Shown here piece by piece: positions 12,329 to 26,000 of a DNA stretch of 64,000 nt. Source of the DNA: Bispira polyomma (taxonomy: Eukaryota); contig OZ287748.1 of assembly GCA_965649765.1 (NCBI GenBank), positions 8,246,001 through 8,310,000 of the forward strand. The letters run 5' to 3'. The notes beneath the pieces are model-generated. The model was not told the DNA's origin. It made no database searches and saw only the letters and a list, made by a program, of their open reading frames with translations. Position 1 is the stretch's first letter. Each line of letters opens with the position of its first letter. The position numbers and the translations under genes are program-made.

Positions 12329-13959
12329 ACATTTACATATAAAGCCATACATATGAATTGCTTAAGTTTCCATCAGCCAAAAAACGCGTCTTCTTTGTAC
12401 TTGGTTGACTACTGCTATCCTGCACATTTTGTAGGTATACTGTTTGTGGTTATAATTCGGCCGCCTGTCGTAAATTAGCCATCATACAATAAAGATGTCT
12501 TATCTTCAAATTAATGTAATTGATTGGCCTAACAATACTGTACTTTCTTGAATATAGTATTGTAATTGTTTTACTTAAATCCTATGGTCCATTTTGTACC
12601 TAGATTGTTGAAAATTACCATTTAAAATGTGACCGCCGAGTTACAACTGGCGGCCGAAATATTACCAGAGGCAGTATAGGTGTGCAATATGGGCATGCCC
12701 AAAATGATGTCCTGTTTTGTTTATTTTTTCTTGATGAATGTCAATGGATTGCTTGACTATTTGTATGTACAATAAATGTTTCCAATAGTATATGCCATTG
12801 CATACCGACCAATTTACTGCCAAGTTACAAATTAATTGTTTAAAAAATGTTAGTATATTGTCCATATTGCACAGGATAGCAGTAAAACATGAATGAGGTA
12901 CTATATTCACACAATCTGATCAGCGCCTGGATTGATTAAAATGTCTTTTGTGCTTGAGTCTGAATTGAGCTGGAGATTTTTGTAGGAGAATATGACCACA
13001 GATAAATTAAGGTTATTAGGTGGTCTCTCCTTCAGGACTGGTATTCACAGAGAATCTGATTCTTGAAATTTTTTGTCGGAAGCAATTTGATTGGCTGAAA
13101 GTACTTTTGCAAAGAATCTGATTGGCTAAAACTAAGAAAATGCTAAGAATTGCATTTTTTAAGAATGTTTGTTAATACAGCCCATGTCTGTGTCTAGACT
13201 TTCTCTTTTCTGAACCTTTTCTCATTTTCCTGAGCTGTTTTGACTATTAGCAATCAACTGAATTGATTAAAGAGTGGTTTTCATCCATGCGGCATGTGGT
13301 ATACAGTATTCAATGAATCAAAATCATCAAAATAGGAGTGGTTTCTGCATTACTAAACCACATATTTACCATATGTACCGGTAACATGCACACAACAAAA
13401 CAGTTCTTATGTATTTCTAGGAAAGATATGATAGCCGCATACCATATGTCGGATGTCATATGCCGCATGTATGGAAACTGTCGTTTAATTCCAAGAGTTC
13501 ATTCTTGACGTTTCTAATCCTGCTAATGGGTACTATACTATCCCCCCACCCACACCCTGGCGAAAACACAACACAATGCATCCCACTCAACACTCTGCTA
13601 TTTCCTGTGGTAGTAATATGCACAGCTCTTGGACACAGCATTTAAACACCCACACTGACATTGTTTTTGGCCAACACAATGTCTGACTTGCATTAATTTT
13701 GCACTAAAAACCTTAGCAATGCATAATACAAGTAAGGTAGTAACAAAAACCCAGGGGTAACAGATGCCGAACCATGTGGAGAATTTACACAGGTTTTATA
13801 TTGGGTGTTTGAACACAAAAAAAAAAGGTTCAAAGGAAGGACAAGTTTGGGGCTAATTCTAGAATTCACTGGACAAAGGGCACGGCTATATTGACATTAG
13901 TTTTACCTACTGTCACAGAATTGGGGGTTATACTTAAGGATTAGCATTCTGTATTCATA

Positions 13960-14985
13960 GGGGGCCGCGGTGGCCTAGTGGTTAGCAAGCATTGCGCTTC
14001 ACAATCACTAGTCTCTCACCTCTGGGATTGACTGGCGTGAGTTCGACTCCCGTTGATGCTAAAGGGGGGGTTCCATATCCAAGTTCGATCGGCAAAATGG
14101 GCCCAAGTCGGGAAGGTCGGGGCGAAAAAATTAAAAAAATCCACTTTTTGGGCGGGAAAATGACAATGTGTCCCGACCTTGGCGATCGAACTGATTGCTC
14201 CCCGTTTTGACGGGCCCGCGACCCCGATCTTACTTTACTGGTGATAGGATCTGACGTATCGCCCTATGATCGAACTTGTCAGCAATACGATCTGACGGAT
14301 TTATATCCCCGACCATGGTATATAAATATAGATGACAAATGAGGTGTATTTTGTGAAATAAAAAAAATAATACCTGTTTAGACCTCATTTTTGATGGAAG
14401 TTTGTTGTAAATAACAGCAAATAAATTCATCGTTCGCGTACATGAACTGTACCAGAAGTGGGTTCGATGTCGCAAAGGTAAGGTAAACTTTTAAACTGAT
14501 TTCCGTTATCGGGACTAACAAAATGACAAACTGGGCTTAAAATGTGTCTATAATCTTCCTGACCTTCCCGACCACCCCGTTTTTACCCCCCGACCTATAC
14601 GTTTCGACGGGCCAGCATTAGGACAGGCCGGCAGTGCGCCCCGACTGAGCCAACAGAATGTATCGCCAATAGGATCGAACGTATTGATGGTCCCGATTTT
14701 GAGGTCCGGGACCAAAAGTCGGGACTATTTTCAAAATTTCTAACTTTTTTGATATTCTTCCCCACCTTCCCGACCACCCCGTTTTTGGTCCCCAACCTCC
14801 CTGTATGTGTCCCCGACCTCAAAATTGGGAGGGTCGGGGAGCAAACCCTGAATGTGGAACCCCCACTTTATGTAGGAAAGGTGGTAGTTCCTTACTGAGG
14901 GCCGCTGGTTTCAGTGCAGAACCTTGATCAACTGTATGCAGTCTTTCCTCCAGCTTTTCCAACTTCCCGTCCCAATATAACCTAA
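13960..14985 (+). mobile_element. tRNA-derived SINE (family B) split by a DNA element
   Basis: Head GGGGCCGCGGTGGCCTAGTGG...GAGTTCGACTCCC. The body resumes at ~14866 with CCTTGATCAACTGTAT, which recurs in reverse orientation at ~26327-26344. Confidence 0.65.
14063..14867. mobile_element. ~800-bp non-autonomous DNA transposon (Kolobok-like termini, tentative)
   Basis: TIRs GGGGTTCCATAT and ATGTGGAACCCC, with many internal GTCGGG/CCCGAC motifs. A second partial copy at ~45135-45638 ends TGGAACCACCAT-TTAA. Confidence 0.7.
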
Positions 14986-15233
14986 ATTATGTATTCATAC
15001 GCATAAATCCAGCTTAGCTGTGCCCTGTCTACTGAATTCTAGAAACATTCCCGAGTTTGGTTGTAGTATGTGTCCAAGAGCTAAAAATACTTCTTAATAT
15101 TAATAGAGTTCACTTTTGTCTTTCATTGTCAATATTGACATTTTTTGTAATATGTATCTATATATAAAGATATTGATGATATGTATATGTTGTTTTTCTC
15201 TTTTTCTACTATGTATGTAGTTGTCCTTATATT

Positions 15234-15265
<32 letters not shown>

Positions 15266-16963
15266 TGTAATATATGGTATTAATAACCAACTGTTTATAT
15301 AGGGTAGCATAGGTTTTTGTGTTTACTTAAATTGAACAACTGTATGTTGTCATTTTGTATAGAAAAGTGTCTTTGTAAATTGTATTGATCATCCCTCACA
15401 TCTGGTGATATAACATTAAAAAGAAATTAGCAAATTGCCCTTTTAGAATAGAAATATATTCAGTTATCTTTATTTCAAACAACCAGTTGCTATCAAAATC
15501 AAGATATATTTGAACTTCTTCAACCAGAGCCTTCCAATTGGTCTTTATAACGGTATCTATAAGAATAACATTGGAGCCACGTTTTGAGTGCTAGCAATCA
15601 TCTGACATAAATAGGCTATTTTTTAAGTAAATGCATTTACCAAACTAACAAGGCATAGTATCAAATCATGATGGAAAAATTCATATTTCCTGGGATTTTT
15701 GGCCAATCTTCAAAATGTACACATTCAGTACAATTTCCACATGTTATGTGTTTGGGAATCCGTGAAATATTAGTAGATGATACATCAAATGTAGCTCAAG
15801 ATATAGCTATTTCAAATATCAGGCAATGCTAGGTATGTTTAGTCCTATATATACAGGTTAATCCACCTTTAATGGGCTCTATAAAGATTTATAGATTTTG
15901 GCAATATACAGGCTTTTGGATAACTTTTGCACCAATGGGAAGCTATAAATCCCCTTTAAGACCCTCAAAAGAGAATGTTAACCTGCTGCTTTTTGTACCA
16001 AAAAACATCCTTAATTGTCATCATGTCAAGTATTATGTAGAGATGTACAAATACTTATAAAGGCCAAACTAAGTCCATTTGACCGAGGAGTATTTTGCAG
16101 TTTATCTGGTTCTGTGCCTCTGAAAGTATAGTAAATGTCCCTGTATATAGCCATTCCCCTTTGGTTTTCAACCTCATATGATATTCCAATTCTGACATGG
16201 CGCATTATTATCGGTAGTATGAACCAATTCTTGCTGTGATTAACACTGATTCATATTTCTTGAGGAGCTATATTTAACCAATGACATCAAAATTCATCTC
16301 ATGGATAGAAATAGTCCTGGCTGTCCATACAAGTTGGTTGCGGATTTGACCATACTTTTGAACTGATCAAAATCAAGGACTCAATTAAGCTTGTCACATT
16401 AGAATAGATTCTATAGTTTGTAAGCCAATAGATAGTTTCATCATAGTTTTTTGTGGTATAAATGTTACCTCTTTTTATAGCTTGAACTCCAGAGTTCAGT
16501 TTAATACCATGACATAGTGTGCTTGTACCTGTTGAATTAAAATAAAAGGGCTATGTTTGGTGACTGTGTTTATCTTTTGGTATATCCAGGTGTTGTTATT
16601 ATCCCCAGGCCTGAATACGACAACGTTGTAAATTTGAAATAAATATTGGTTCTGCGGGGTTTCGAACCAGGGCTATTATGGATCTTGAGATTATATAATA
16701 GTTGAGTACACTAACAGTTGAGCTAAAGCGGAAACCCCAGAAGCCTGAGTGTTGTAATGCGCTGATATACACAGATATTACAACATTATGCTCTTCATGC
16801 TACAGTTTTAATACAATATCTGTAGTGGCTTCATCTCCAGGGCAGTGCCACATGGCACCTTTTTACTGTCATTTTGAAAAAGAAGATGACCGACAGGGAT
16901 GATAAATCGTAGAAAAAGTGTAAAAAAATCATGGGTGCTTTTTTCAGCAAGTGACACCTTATA

Positions 16964-17187
16964 CAGGGGTGGACAGCTTAGCAGACGGCACAGAGATAGC
17001 AGACAGTAACCTAAAACATAAAATTTGTTGCATTTAATAAGCCATCTGTAAAATATAAAGTACTTAACCTACTAATTTCATTGTAAATACAGATTTTGCA
17101 TCCAAAACAAGTCAGATTACTTGTTGAATGGATAAACGGTGTGCATTTTAAGTTACTGTCCACTGTCCGATAACCTGTCCACCCCTA
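16964..17187. mobile_element. hAT-like MITE
   Basis: TIR CAGGGGTGGACAG / CTGTCCACCCCTA. No clean 8-bp TSD is visible. Confidence 0.55.
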
Positions 17188-17799
17188 CATTTTTAAAAAA
17201 GTTTCCTTATTTTATATAAACGAAGAATACAAAATACTCTTTCTTTTAGGAATTCGTAACTTTAATATTTTTAAAAATAAGCCTAGGTTTTGTATTATAA
17301 TAGAAAAAAATCATTCATTCAAAACAGTGCCAAGGTTTTCTTAAAGTATTTGAGTTTTTCTCACCTAAAATGATTTATTTGTGTGGTTCAACCCTCTTGT
17401 TATTAAACTTACTTGTTTTGTTTGTCTACCAAATAACTAATCGATGTTAATATCTGAAAGGTCATTGTCTGTATAATTGGGAAACTTTCAGTATGTTACA
17501 ATTTCATTGAAATACATTTCCAATTTTTCATTACTTAAAATATAAATTTCATTATATAATGGGGAGAAGGATTAAAAAAAAAAAGAAATTTTGTAACATG
17601 TCAACATTCTACAAAATATGCATTATGATAAAACTAATCCAGACGAAGCGTATAACTGCATATAATCCTGATCTGTTGGAATTGATGAGAGCATCAGTAT
17701 ACATCTTATACATTGAAAGATTGATATATATATACATCATACAGTCAAACATCTTTAAGTAGAACTCTGTTAAGTCAGTTTCACTTTATGTTTTAACTT

Positions 17800-18350
17800 C
17801 TATAGCGCCACAATCAATGACCAGGCTTCCTCTGTGGCGCATATCCAAATAAGTATGCAAGAGCATAGTCCGGTAGATGGAAAAAGGTTCGTGATCAGAG
17901 AATCAGTTGTGACCATCTGACGCAAGCTAGGGTGGAAAAGCGAGCTGATACAGATGTGTTTTGAGACTTTTTCTGAAATCCATGATGGTCGCCTCAGTTC
18001 GAAGACTGGTAGGGAGGCTATTCCACTCAGCAGGTGCTGCAACTAAGAATGATTTTGAACCAGCTTGTTTTTTTGGTAGGAAACCAGAGGTGGAGAGACG
18101 ATTGCCTCTGGTGAGATTGCTGAGAGACAGCATACAAGATAAGTAGGCAGGTTGATGTACATGGACTGTCTTAAAAATGAGGACAATTACCTTAAATTTA
18201 ATTAGAAACTCAATAGGTAACCAATGTAATTGTTTCAGCAGGGGAGTAGTGTGAGTGCGAGGGCCATCATGGCTTACTATTCTGCACTGCTTATTTTGTA
18301 TTTTCTGTAGTTTGTTTATTTGTCCCTTTCCAATTCCATATAGTAGTGAG
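17800..18350 (-). mobile_element. L2-clade LINE 3' fragment
   Basis: LLKQLHWLPIEF...KSFLVAAPAEWNSLPTSLR...FRKSLKTHLY matches the L2 ORF2 C-terminus. Nested in a MITE. Confidence 0.85.
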
Positions 18351-20065
18351 TATTTTTATGTAAAAACAAATCTGTAGCTTCAAAGATACCCTTGGTAAAG
18401 CAGCAAATCCTACTTTAAGAGTTTTGGCTATTTCTTGTCGTACCTTGAAGTTTAGAGTTTAACTGTATATTCCTTTACTAGTGATATATATCAGTTAGAT
18501 GTAATGCAACTACAGTAATATATAGTACTTTGGTCTATTATTGCTATCTATATAAATATTCCTCACTGTGTAATATTTCCAGTGAAATTAATATCTCCAC
18601 CAGTACACATTTTCTTAAATAGTTATAATGATAATCCAGGTCACTATACTTCTATGTTCTGTGAGGCTCTTTTTATATTTACATTTTTTTTTCTTCTTCC
18701 TTCGTGTAATGAATCCTAAAGTTCTTTAGGGTTTTTTTGTTCTTTTTTTTGCATTGAATATCCAAATAAAAATATATGTTGTTCTGTGAATATATTTTAT
18801 TAATGAAAAAAAAAAAACAGAAAAAAAATTGGAAAACACAGCTAATAAAAACAATACATTAGTTTGCCAAATATATAGAGAGAGAGCAAGAACACACATA
18901 AAGCAGTTCGGTCAGACATGTAATAAAACTATGTTCAGAAGAATTCTATATACGATTATATAAAACACGAGTAAAAAGTCAATGAGTATTATATCATCAG
19001 CCAGAGCTGTAGTCACACATCAAAAAAGCCTGTTCTGCCACAGTGTTCAAAAATACATTAAATAATGTCCCAAGCCATAGAGTAGTTATATACTAGGTCC
19101 GTATTCACAAAAAGTTTTAGTCTTAGCTTGGTCTCAAATCTTAACGCTGATGTCTCAAATATTTACCACTGCCTAGCCACTGTTAGGCTTAGCGTTAAGA
19201 GCAACGTTAACACTAAAACTAGGATCTTTTCTTATTATAATTGGGGCTAAGACCAAAATGTAAACCCTTTTGGCCAAAATCAAGGACTAAAATCTTTAGA
19301 CTAAGTTAAGACAAAGACCTTTTGTGTATACGGTCCCTGATGTACAGTGTTGTTTATAGAAATCTTAGAATGACAGTTCCAACACGAATACTGTCCAATT
19401 ATGCATGGTATGCACATACACTTACCCGTGTAATAATAAACATTGATTGTCAAAAAGCAGCTGAATACTGATAGTGTGTATATGTAATGTACTAATTTTA
19501 CCCATAAGAAAAGTTGTTTGACAATTTAATCTTTTTGAGGTTTTAAAGGTGACAAATGGCATCATCCATCAAAGGGCTACTCAGATGAGTGTATATGATT
19601 ATCAAAATGGCTATATATATTGCAGAATTCATTGGACAGGAAAAGGTAATATTGAAAGTAGTTAGCTATTCCTACTATCACAGCATTAGGGTATTATGGT
19701 ATCCTTTAATAAGGTGTAGCATTATGCATTCAAACATGTCAAAATTGCACAAAATATAAAAACAGCTGTACATATGAAGCTGCCCGATGAATTCTAGAAT
19801 ATTGTTCCATTAAATATATTCACACTTTGCCATGTTATATCAATCGATGGCATAAATAAGCTAAACATATTCAGACTATGCCATGTTATATCATTGGATG
19901 GTATAAATAAGCACTTCGGACAGAGATAAAAAAAAGCTCATTTCAATTTTTATAAAGACTAAAAGAGTTTCAGCAATTAAGTAAATTTGGTGGCATATTA
20001 TATCAGTAATTAGAAAGCGGAGGGATAAAAGCCAAACTGTAATGTGTAGGAGCTGGGAGTTTGTA

Positions 20066-21358
20066 TCATATAATCGATGGCCTAACCACCCTACCTAATA
20101 ACCAGATAGCCCCAGTTCTGTCATCCTGGATGACGTACACAAAAGGATGATCAGCTTTGAAGAGTTTGATATCCTTGGGATCCGTTGGCATACTGGAAGG
20201 CACACATAGATGAGCGATATTCGAGGCAGAAGCGTGGCAACTCTCTGATTCTTCAAATTCCAACTGAATATGTTGGTAGACTTGTGACACTTTCAGCTTG
20301 TCGGCTGCACTGAGCACTGAGAAATCAGCCCCTTTGGCATTGAAGATGTCTTTAATCCCAACTTGCTGGAGCTTATCCATAACTGGGCAAGACGTTTCAT
20401 AGGCAAACCTTGGCAGGTAGACATCAACAGTTTCGAGTTCCATTTCTTTTGCAGCTGCTTCTAGAATAGATCGTGTGAGATTTTTCTCCAGCTTAAACAA
20501 ACCATCGTTTTTCTTTGGGAGAAGAACCAGCATTTTTGTATAGTCATTTGCAAAAGGGATCTCCACTAAATCACAGTCCAGCCTACTGTTGTGTCCATAG
20601 AGGAACTTGCATTGCTGATACATCATTTGCACTTGTATGACCTCCTTCATCTGCAGGTAAAATGGCATATGGGTAGTCTTTCTCGACTCAAAGGCATGTT
20701 TCCAGCGTACCTTAATGTACATAACACAGAGAAGAAATAACTTGGTATCCCTGTCCACAATGCCCATGGGTGGGACTACTTCCTGTAGCAAACCGTGAGT
20801 GGCTTTCGTCGCCCAGTCGTTGATTTCTGCTCGGGCCAGGTCAAATCGCCGGACCAGGTCCACGTTCTTGAGTGTTGTCAGGTGGTACTGGTTACAAATC
20901 TCCTCGTAGTCGTGAGTCATGCTACACTCCACCGGGGCAAAGAGCCTGACCGCCATCTCCACCGTACAACCTTTAGGCGAGGCTGAACGGAAGGCATCCC
21001 AGTGCATGGCAGCAAGTCCTACCAGTAGTTCGTGGTCCATCAACTCGGACATCTGTAATACCTTGAGCAGTTCATCTCTGGTCTTGCCCTGGACACCGAC
21101 GCACAGAAGGCCTAGTCCTAGAGACAAGCCCAAAGAGCCGACCAGCTGGTTCCCAGGCTTCTTACCATCCTTCGCGAATTCCTGGTACAACATGATGGAA
21201 AACTTATTGTGAGCACGGTTCAGGTAGATGAGGTTGGAGCGTGTGGTGCGGAGAGGTGTACTGCAGGAGGTGTCCTCAGTGGCTGTGCAGGGGTTGTCCT
21301 CCTCACAACCTCCCCCTGCCCCTCCTCCAGGGCACTCCTTAGATGTAATGCTACCCAT
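20066..21358 (-). CDS. Serpin-family protein, 430 aa, single coding exon, probably intracellular and atypical (possibly non-inhibitory)
   Basis: Serpin motifs ARAEINDWATKATHGLL, VQMMYQ, VEIPF, VYLPRF, ADFS and the signature FKADHPFVYVI...LLGRVVRP. ATG in strong context (AGGATGG) with an upstream in-frame TAG at 21400-21398. No hydrophobic signal peptide. Confidence 0.95.
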   Translation of the reverse strand: MGSITSKECPGGGAGGGCEEDNPCTATEDTSCSTPLRTTRSNLIYLNRAHNKFSIMLYQEFAKDGKKPGNQLVGSLGLSLGLGLLCVGVQGKTRDELLKVLQMSELMDHELLVGLAAMHWDAFRSASPKGCTVEMAVRLFAPVECSMTHDYEEICNQYHLTTLKNVDLVRRFDLARAEINDWATKATHGLLQEVVPPMGIVDRDTKLFLLCVMYIKVRWKHAFESRKTTHMPFYLQMKEVIQVQMMYQQCKFLYGHNSRLDCDLVEIPFANDYTKMLVLLPKKNDGLFKLEKNLTRSILEAAAKEMELETVDVYLPRFAYETSCPVMDKLQQVGIKDIFNAKGADFSVLSAADKLKVSQVYQHIQLEFEESESCHASASNIAHLCVPSSMPTDPKDIKLFKADHPFVYVIQDDRTGAIWLLGRVVRPSII

Positions 21359-21403
21359 CCTGTTCTGTGGTGGAAGACTCTGTGAGGAGGCCTCTTCCTA
21401 GCC

Positions 21404-21421
21404 CTACAAAATAGAAAAAAA
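21404..21421 (-). promoter_or_regulatory. Splice acceptor of a 5'-UTR intron of the serpin gene
   Basis: TTTTTTCTATTTTGTAG| on -, 45 nt upstream of the ATG. Base composition switches to AT-rich at this point. Confidence 0.75.
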
Positions 21422-21483
21422 CACACAACTATACTCATGCTACTTTGTGTGGCTGTAGATATATATGTATATACATGTATATA

Positions 21484-21710
21484 AAGTAAGGAATCTAAAG
21501 TTCGCCACTGTATCTGAAATTTGCCACCCGTAAAAATATTTATGCCAAATCAATAAATAAAACTGGGCGAACAATAACTGGAATTTAGGTAAGCAAGGCA
21601 AAATAGCCAGAATTTCAGCTAATTAATTACCCACAATTCTACCAAAAACATAACATTTTCTAGGTAGTGGCGAATTTCGGATACAGTGAGGGATTTTAGA
21701 TTCCTTACTC
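21484..21710. mobile_element. MITE just upstream of the serpin acceptor
   Basis: Inverted pair AGTAAGGAATCTAAA...CACTGTATCTGAAATTTGCCAC and GTGGCGAATTTCGGATACAGTG...TTTAGATTCCTTACT. Confidence 0.75.
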
Positions 21711-22750
21711 TACATACATGTACATATAACTGGTGTACAGCTTTTTGATGTGTATTCTATGGCACACAGCTGTTTCCTTTGATTGTACAACTAGGCCTTT
21801 GTCACATTATATATACAAACATGTAAATTATACACAGATAAAACCAACTCCCCAGCATTTGTATGAAAAAAAAATCCATGCAGATAATCTTGCGAGTAAT
21901 AGTAGAATAAAGCGGTATTATAACCAGCTAGAAATTGCTTCTCTTCTTGAGACCAAAACAGATAACACGACTACATGTGCCTTTATTTTTATTTTAAACT
22001 TTTCATTCAACAAATTTGACAAAAGAGAAGTAAATACTGTTTTGTCCCCTTACTTTGCCATCAAAGCTGTTCTTCTGTAACATAATTTGTAAACCCCAGC
22101 ATCCTATAAGCACCACAGAACTGACAGTAAATTGCTTTATATTTGTGTTGCACTTGTTACATGGAAATCCTATAATCCTATGAACAGGAAGTTATTGATT
22201 TTTTACATATCAATAAAATATATGTTGTGTGTATCCCTTTACCGGACAGATGAGCACAGTACTGCACTTTGTGGGTAGTGGATGTCAGTTGAACTTATTG
22301 AAGGATTAGGATATCAGGCTGCAACATGTTTCACCATAGCTAGACGAAACTTCCAGCAACTATTGGCGGGGCTGTTGCGTATCTCATATTGTAGAATTTT
22401 ATTTGATCATTCTAAAACACACTAATGCTGTCCATTTACAGAATATAAGGGTGACTTAATCAGAAATTTCTGTGGCAATGTTAATGCTTCTATTAATTAC
22501 AACTCATGTCACGTGACCAGATCTGAGGACACTACACTACTGGGCAATATTTTATATTTGCATTTCTATGTTTCCTAAATTGAATATGTTAAGTGTTATG
22601 CTTCCCACATCACAAAAAAACATTAAAATTAAAATACTTTTAAGCCGATGCTTCTTCCATTCTCATGTGTTGACTGATATACAGTAGAAGCTCTGTTATC
22701 CAAACATGTTAGGAGAGAAGGAGAGATTTAGTTGACATAATAGATAGTTC

Positions 22751-23090
22751 ATCCCCTCGTAGTCTAGTGGTTAGGGTGTTGGTCTGATGATCAGAAGGTC
22801 CCCGGTTCTATTCCCTGTACCGATCGCTAGTTTTATTTAGTGGGATAACATCCTTGGACAAGATGTAAACACAAGTTTGCCTAGCGGCTCAGATGACCAC
22901 TTAAAATGGCAGTCCTCTGTCACCGAGTTCTATCTCTAGTGGCAGATTAAAGATCATTGGGGATGATGATAAATGGTCAAGCACAAACTGGCGTCCATAG
23001 TAGCTGCCCATTTGGAAGTGCATTTGACAGGATACTGGGTTCTGTAAGTGCATTATAACAAATATCCTATTTCATTTATTCATTCATTTC
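22751..23090 (+). mobile_element. tRNA-derived SINE (family A), inserted inside a CAGT...ACTG MITE
   Basis: A-box TAGTCTAGTGG, B-box GGTTCTATTCC, central GATGACCACTTAAAATGG...TTAAAGATC segment (reminiscent of Deu/Nin-type cores, from memory), and a (TTCA)-like tail. Confidence 0.85.
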
Positions 23091-26000
23091 ATGTATTCAT
23101 AAAATATAAGAAAACATTTGCATATTTGTTTTTTGCTGTATAAATAAAAATGGAATATTCGGAGACTAGAAGTTTAGGCAATAGAAGTACCACTGTATAT
23201 TATCAATTATTAAAAAATCAAATGTGTCCACACATTTTTTTCTGACATACATAAATGTGACAAATAAAGTGTCTAACTGTATATATATTACATAACACAT
23301 CTACCCCCCCCCCCTCCCCCTTACATAAACTATACAGAAGAGAGAAATAGGATAGAAAAAATGGCCCAAAAATATATTGTTAAATATTGATGAGCGAGTG
23401 AATGATAATAAAGAATGGTGAAGCCTTTGGCTGTCAGTGTGAACTGAGCCACTTCTGTGTTCTATATCCTGCCACCATTACCCAGAGCCCCATACCAAGC
23501 AATAAGAATCACTGGGGAGCTCACATAGGCCTTCCATCACCCCCATACGCCCCCCCCCCCCCCAACCTCCACTCCTCACACACAATACCAACTGCAAAAC
23601 TACTGATACTAAAGTTGCCAGCCCTGTAAAATAAGATAATATACAATTGTAGTTCTTTTTATTTTTGAGTGACTATACACACAGTTGCAATTTTAAATTT
23701 TCGTTGATCAACAACCAATTTAAAACAAGACAAAAACCAGCAATACTTCTCCAGATTTTTGGGTTTTTTTTTAGAAAACTATGATATACACCATCTTTTC
23801 TAGCTCTGCACTAATGCACACATTAAGATCTGGTCTAAGGGTGCTGCTTGCTATCCACTACTACCAGCTTCTGAGCCAGAGTTCTGTTAACAAACTGTGC
23901 AGCCCAGCCGTACCAGATGCCATACTAATAGCCCCCCGCCCCCCCCCCCCCATTTCTCCCCATTTCTCCCCATTTCTCACTGTGCAGCAGCCAGACTTTA
24001 ATGTCAGAATAAGGGATATGTATATGTGAACAGTCAGCACACCAATGGTCTACACACAGAAAGTATAGGCTTAAACACCCCCCCCCCCCCACTCCTATAA
24101 CAAAAGACTGGCTTTACATAAAGTCATACAGTTCTGTAATGTGTATAGCAAAATATTGCATTTTTAATTTAAAGCATTTTATATAACAGCCAATTCATGA
24201 ATGTATCATTTAATGTCCTTCTCCAATGGCGGACAGTAGTCCTACAACATAGCATAGGTTGTAAGCATTAAGCAATAGCATGTGCACATCCCCTATTTAC
24301 CACTATGCCATTACCAGGAGTGGAACCAAGGACCTTATGATCACCTGACCAACTCCCTAACCAATAGGCCACAAGAGACCTGGGCTGGTATTTTCAAAGA
24401 TTCTTATTCTTAAATTGTTGTGCCAATAAATTTGATTGACTGAAAATATATTTTTCAGTGATTATGTTTGGCTGAGACTAAATTGTATTCTAGGAATGTT
24501 TGTTCATACCTTCAATTCTGAGCATTTTAGTTTTACATCTTTTTCTGTATGTTGTTTCTTTCAGTCATGACTGGCAAGTATTTTTCTTATATAAAAACTA
24601 CATGTAATGAATTCCTTTGAATACCTCCATGTTCAATGTTTTAATGGACATCTTGGGAGAGGAGAGAATTTGTTTGGATAATAAAAGGTCCGTAAAATAG
24701 ACGTAGGTGGCATGTTAGTAAAAAACATAATCCCAAAAATAAGTTTGGGAGAGGAAATTGAGTCCGTAAAATCAAATAGTCGGATAATAAAAGATCGGGT
24801 AATTGAGGTTCTACTGTATTATTATGTTTTATCATGACGTCACACTAAATTAGATTGGTAATTTCAACACTATTCCAAAGATTGCTATTCCAAAGATTGC
24901 TAATGATGTGTTACAAAATATCAATCTTCGAATAGCCAATTATGGTTATTTACTTATTGGGTTTAATATTGCTTTCAACACCTTCCTACTGTATGACGAC
25001 AGACAGTTCACGGCTTAAGGACAACCAGTTCAGGGTGTTTGTTCAAGATTTTCCTTCTGCAAATATGAGTTTTCTAAAGGCCTGGTTCGCTCACGATTTG
25101 AACACTGTATGGATGGAAGGCATGAGCATTATCCTAACACCACAGAGATCCCAATAGCATAAATGAGCTGAAACAATGACTGAAATCAGAATTTAGTATT
25201 ATGTCATGCGATGCAAATTAACCATAGCAGGTTTGTTATGGTTTTAAAGTTCGTCGATACCATGCATTGCCTTACCAAACTAAAGCGCCACTCAGTAGAG
25301 AGTCAAGATACACACAGTGCCAAGAAGTAAAAAACAAACCCACCTGGATCCAGGTTAATAGATTCTTTCATGGCCCTTGCCCCATATCTTTACCAAATGT
25401 CTTTACCAAATATCATGTTAATCAGTCCAGTAGTTCTTTGATTCCGGTAACAAGCAATAAAATACAAATATATCAACATAACATACCAGATGTAGGCCAT
25501 AACAAACAACAACCAACTAACCAATGGACTTGGGTGAAAACATAACCTTCTTGGGTGAGGTATCTATCTATTAGTAGTCAGGCAAAAATTTATAGTTTGA
25601 CCTTGACAAGAGCTTAAACAATTTAGCAAAATGGTCAAAGTTGCGGCTATTTTGTAGTTGTATAATGAAGCCAATGTACACCTGAAGCATCAGCTTTCCA
25701 GGTATTACCACTGTTCCACTGCGGATCATATCCCCCCACCCCCAAACCCTAACGATTATAACTTCGAGGGCCATTATCGTGAACGATTCACCCCAATAAT
25801 GACTTATCTCTTGATGAAAAAGTCTTCTCTTTTCCAATTGGAGGGGCTGCAGAGGTTTTCAAACATGTTAGAAAACCTCTGCGAGTGTGTATCAGCCAAT
25901 CAGTCGGGCCCCCTCCAGAGTTATCTTTGACCTTGTAATGACTTATCTTTTTCAGTTGAGACTTTTTTTTGCTTCAAATGACTTATCTTTTCATTCCAAA

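Noticed and set aside
13960-14052. A/B-box sequences as tRNA genes (also at 22751 and 12260-12328)
   Set aside because: No full cloverleaf, and each continues into a repeated SINE body.
22783-22800. CTGATGA in the SINE head (also at ~12289 and ~30384) as further hammerheads
   Set aside because: No stem II plus GAAA plus stem III/UH arrangement follows. The motif sits in the tRNA-derived head.
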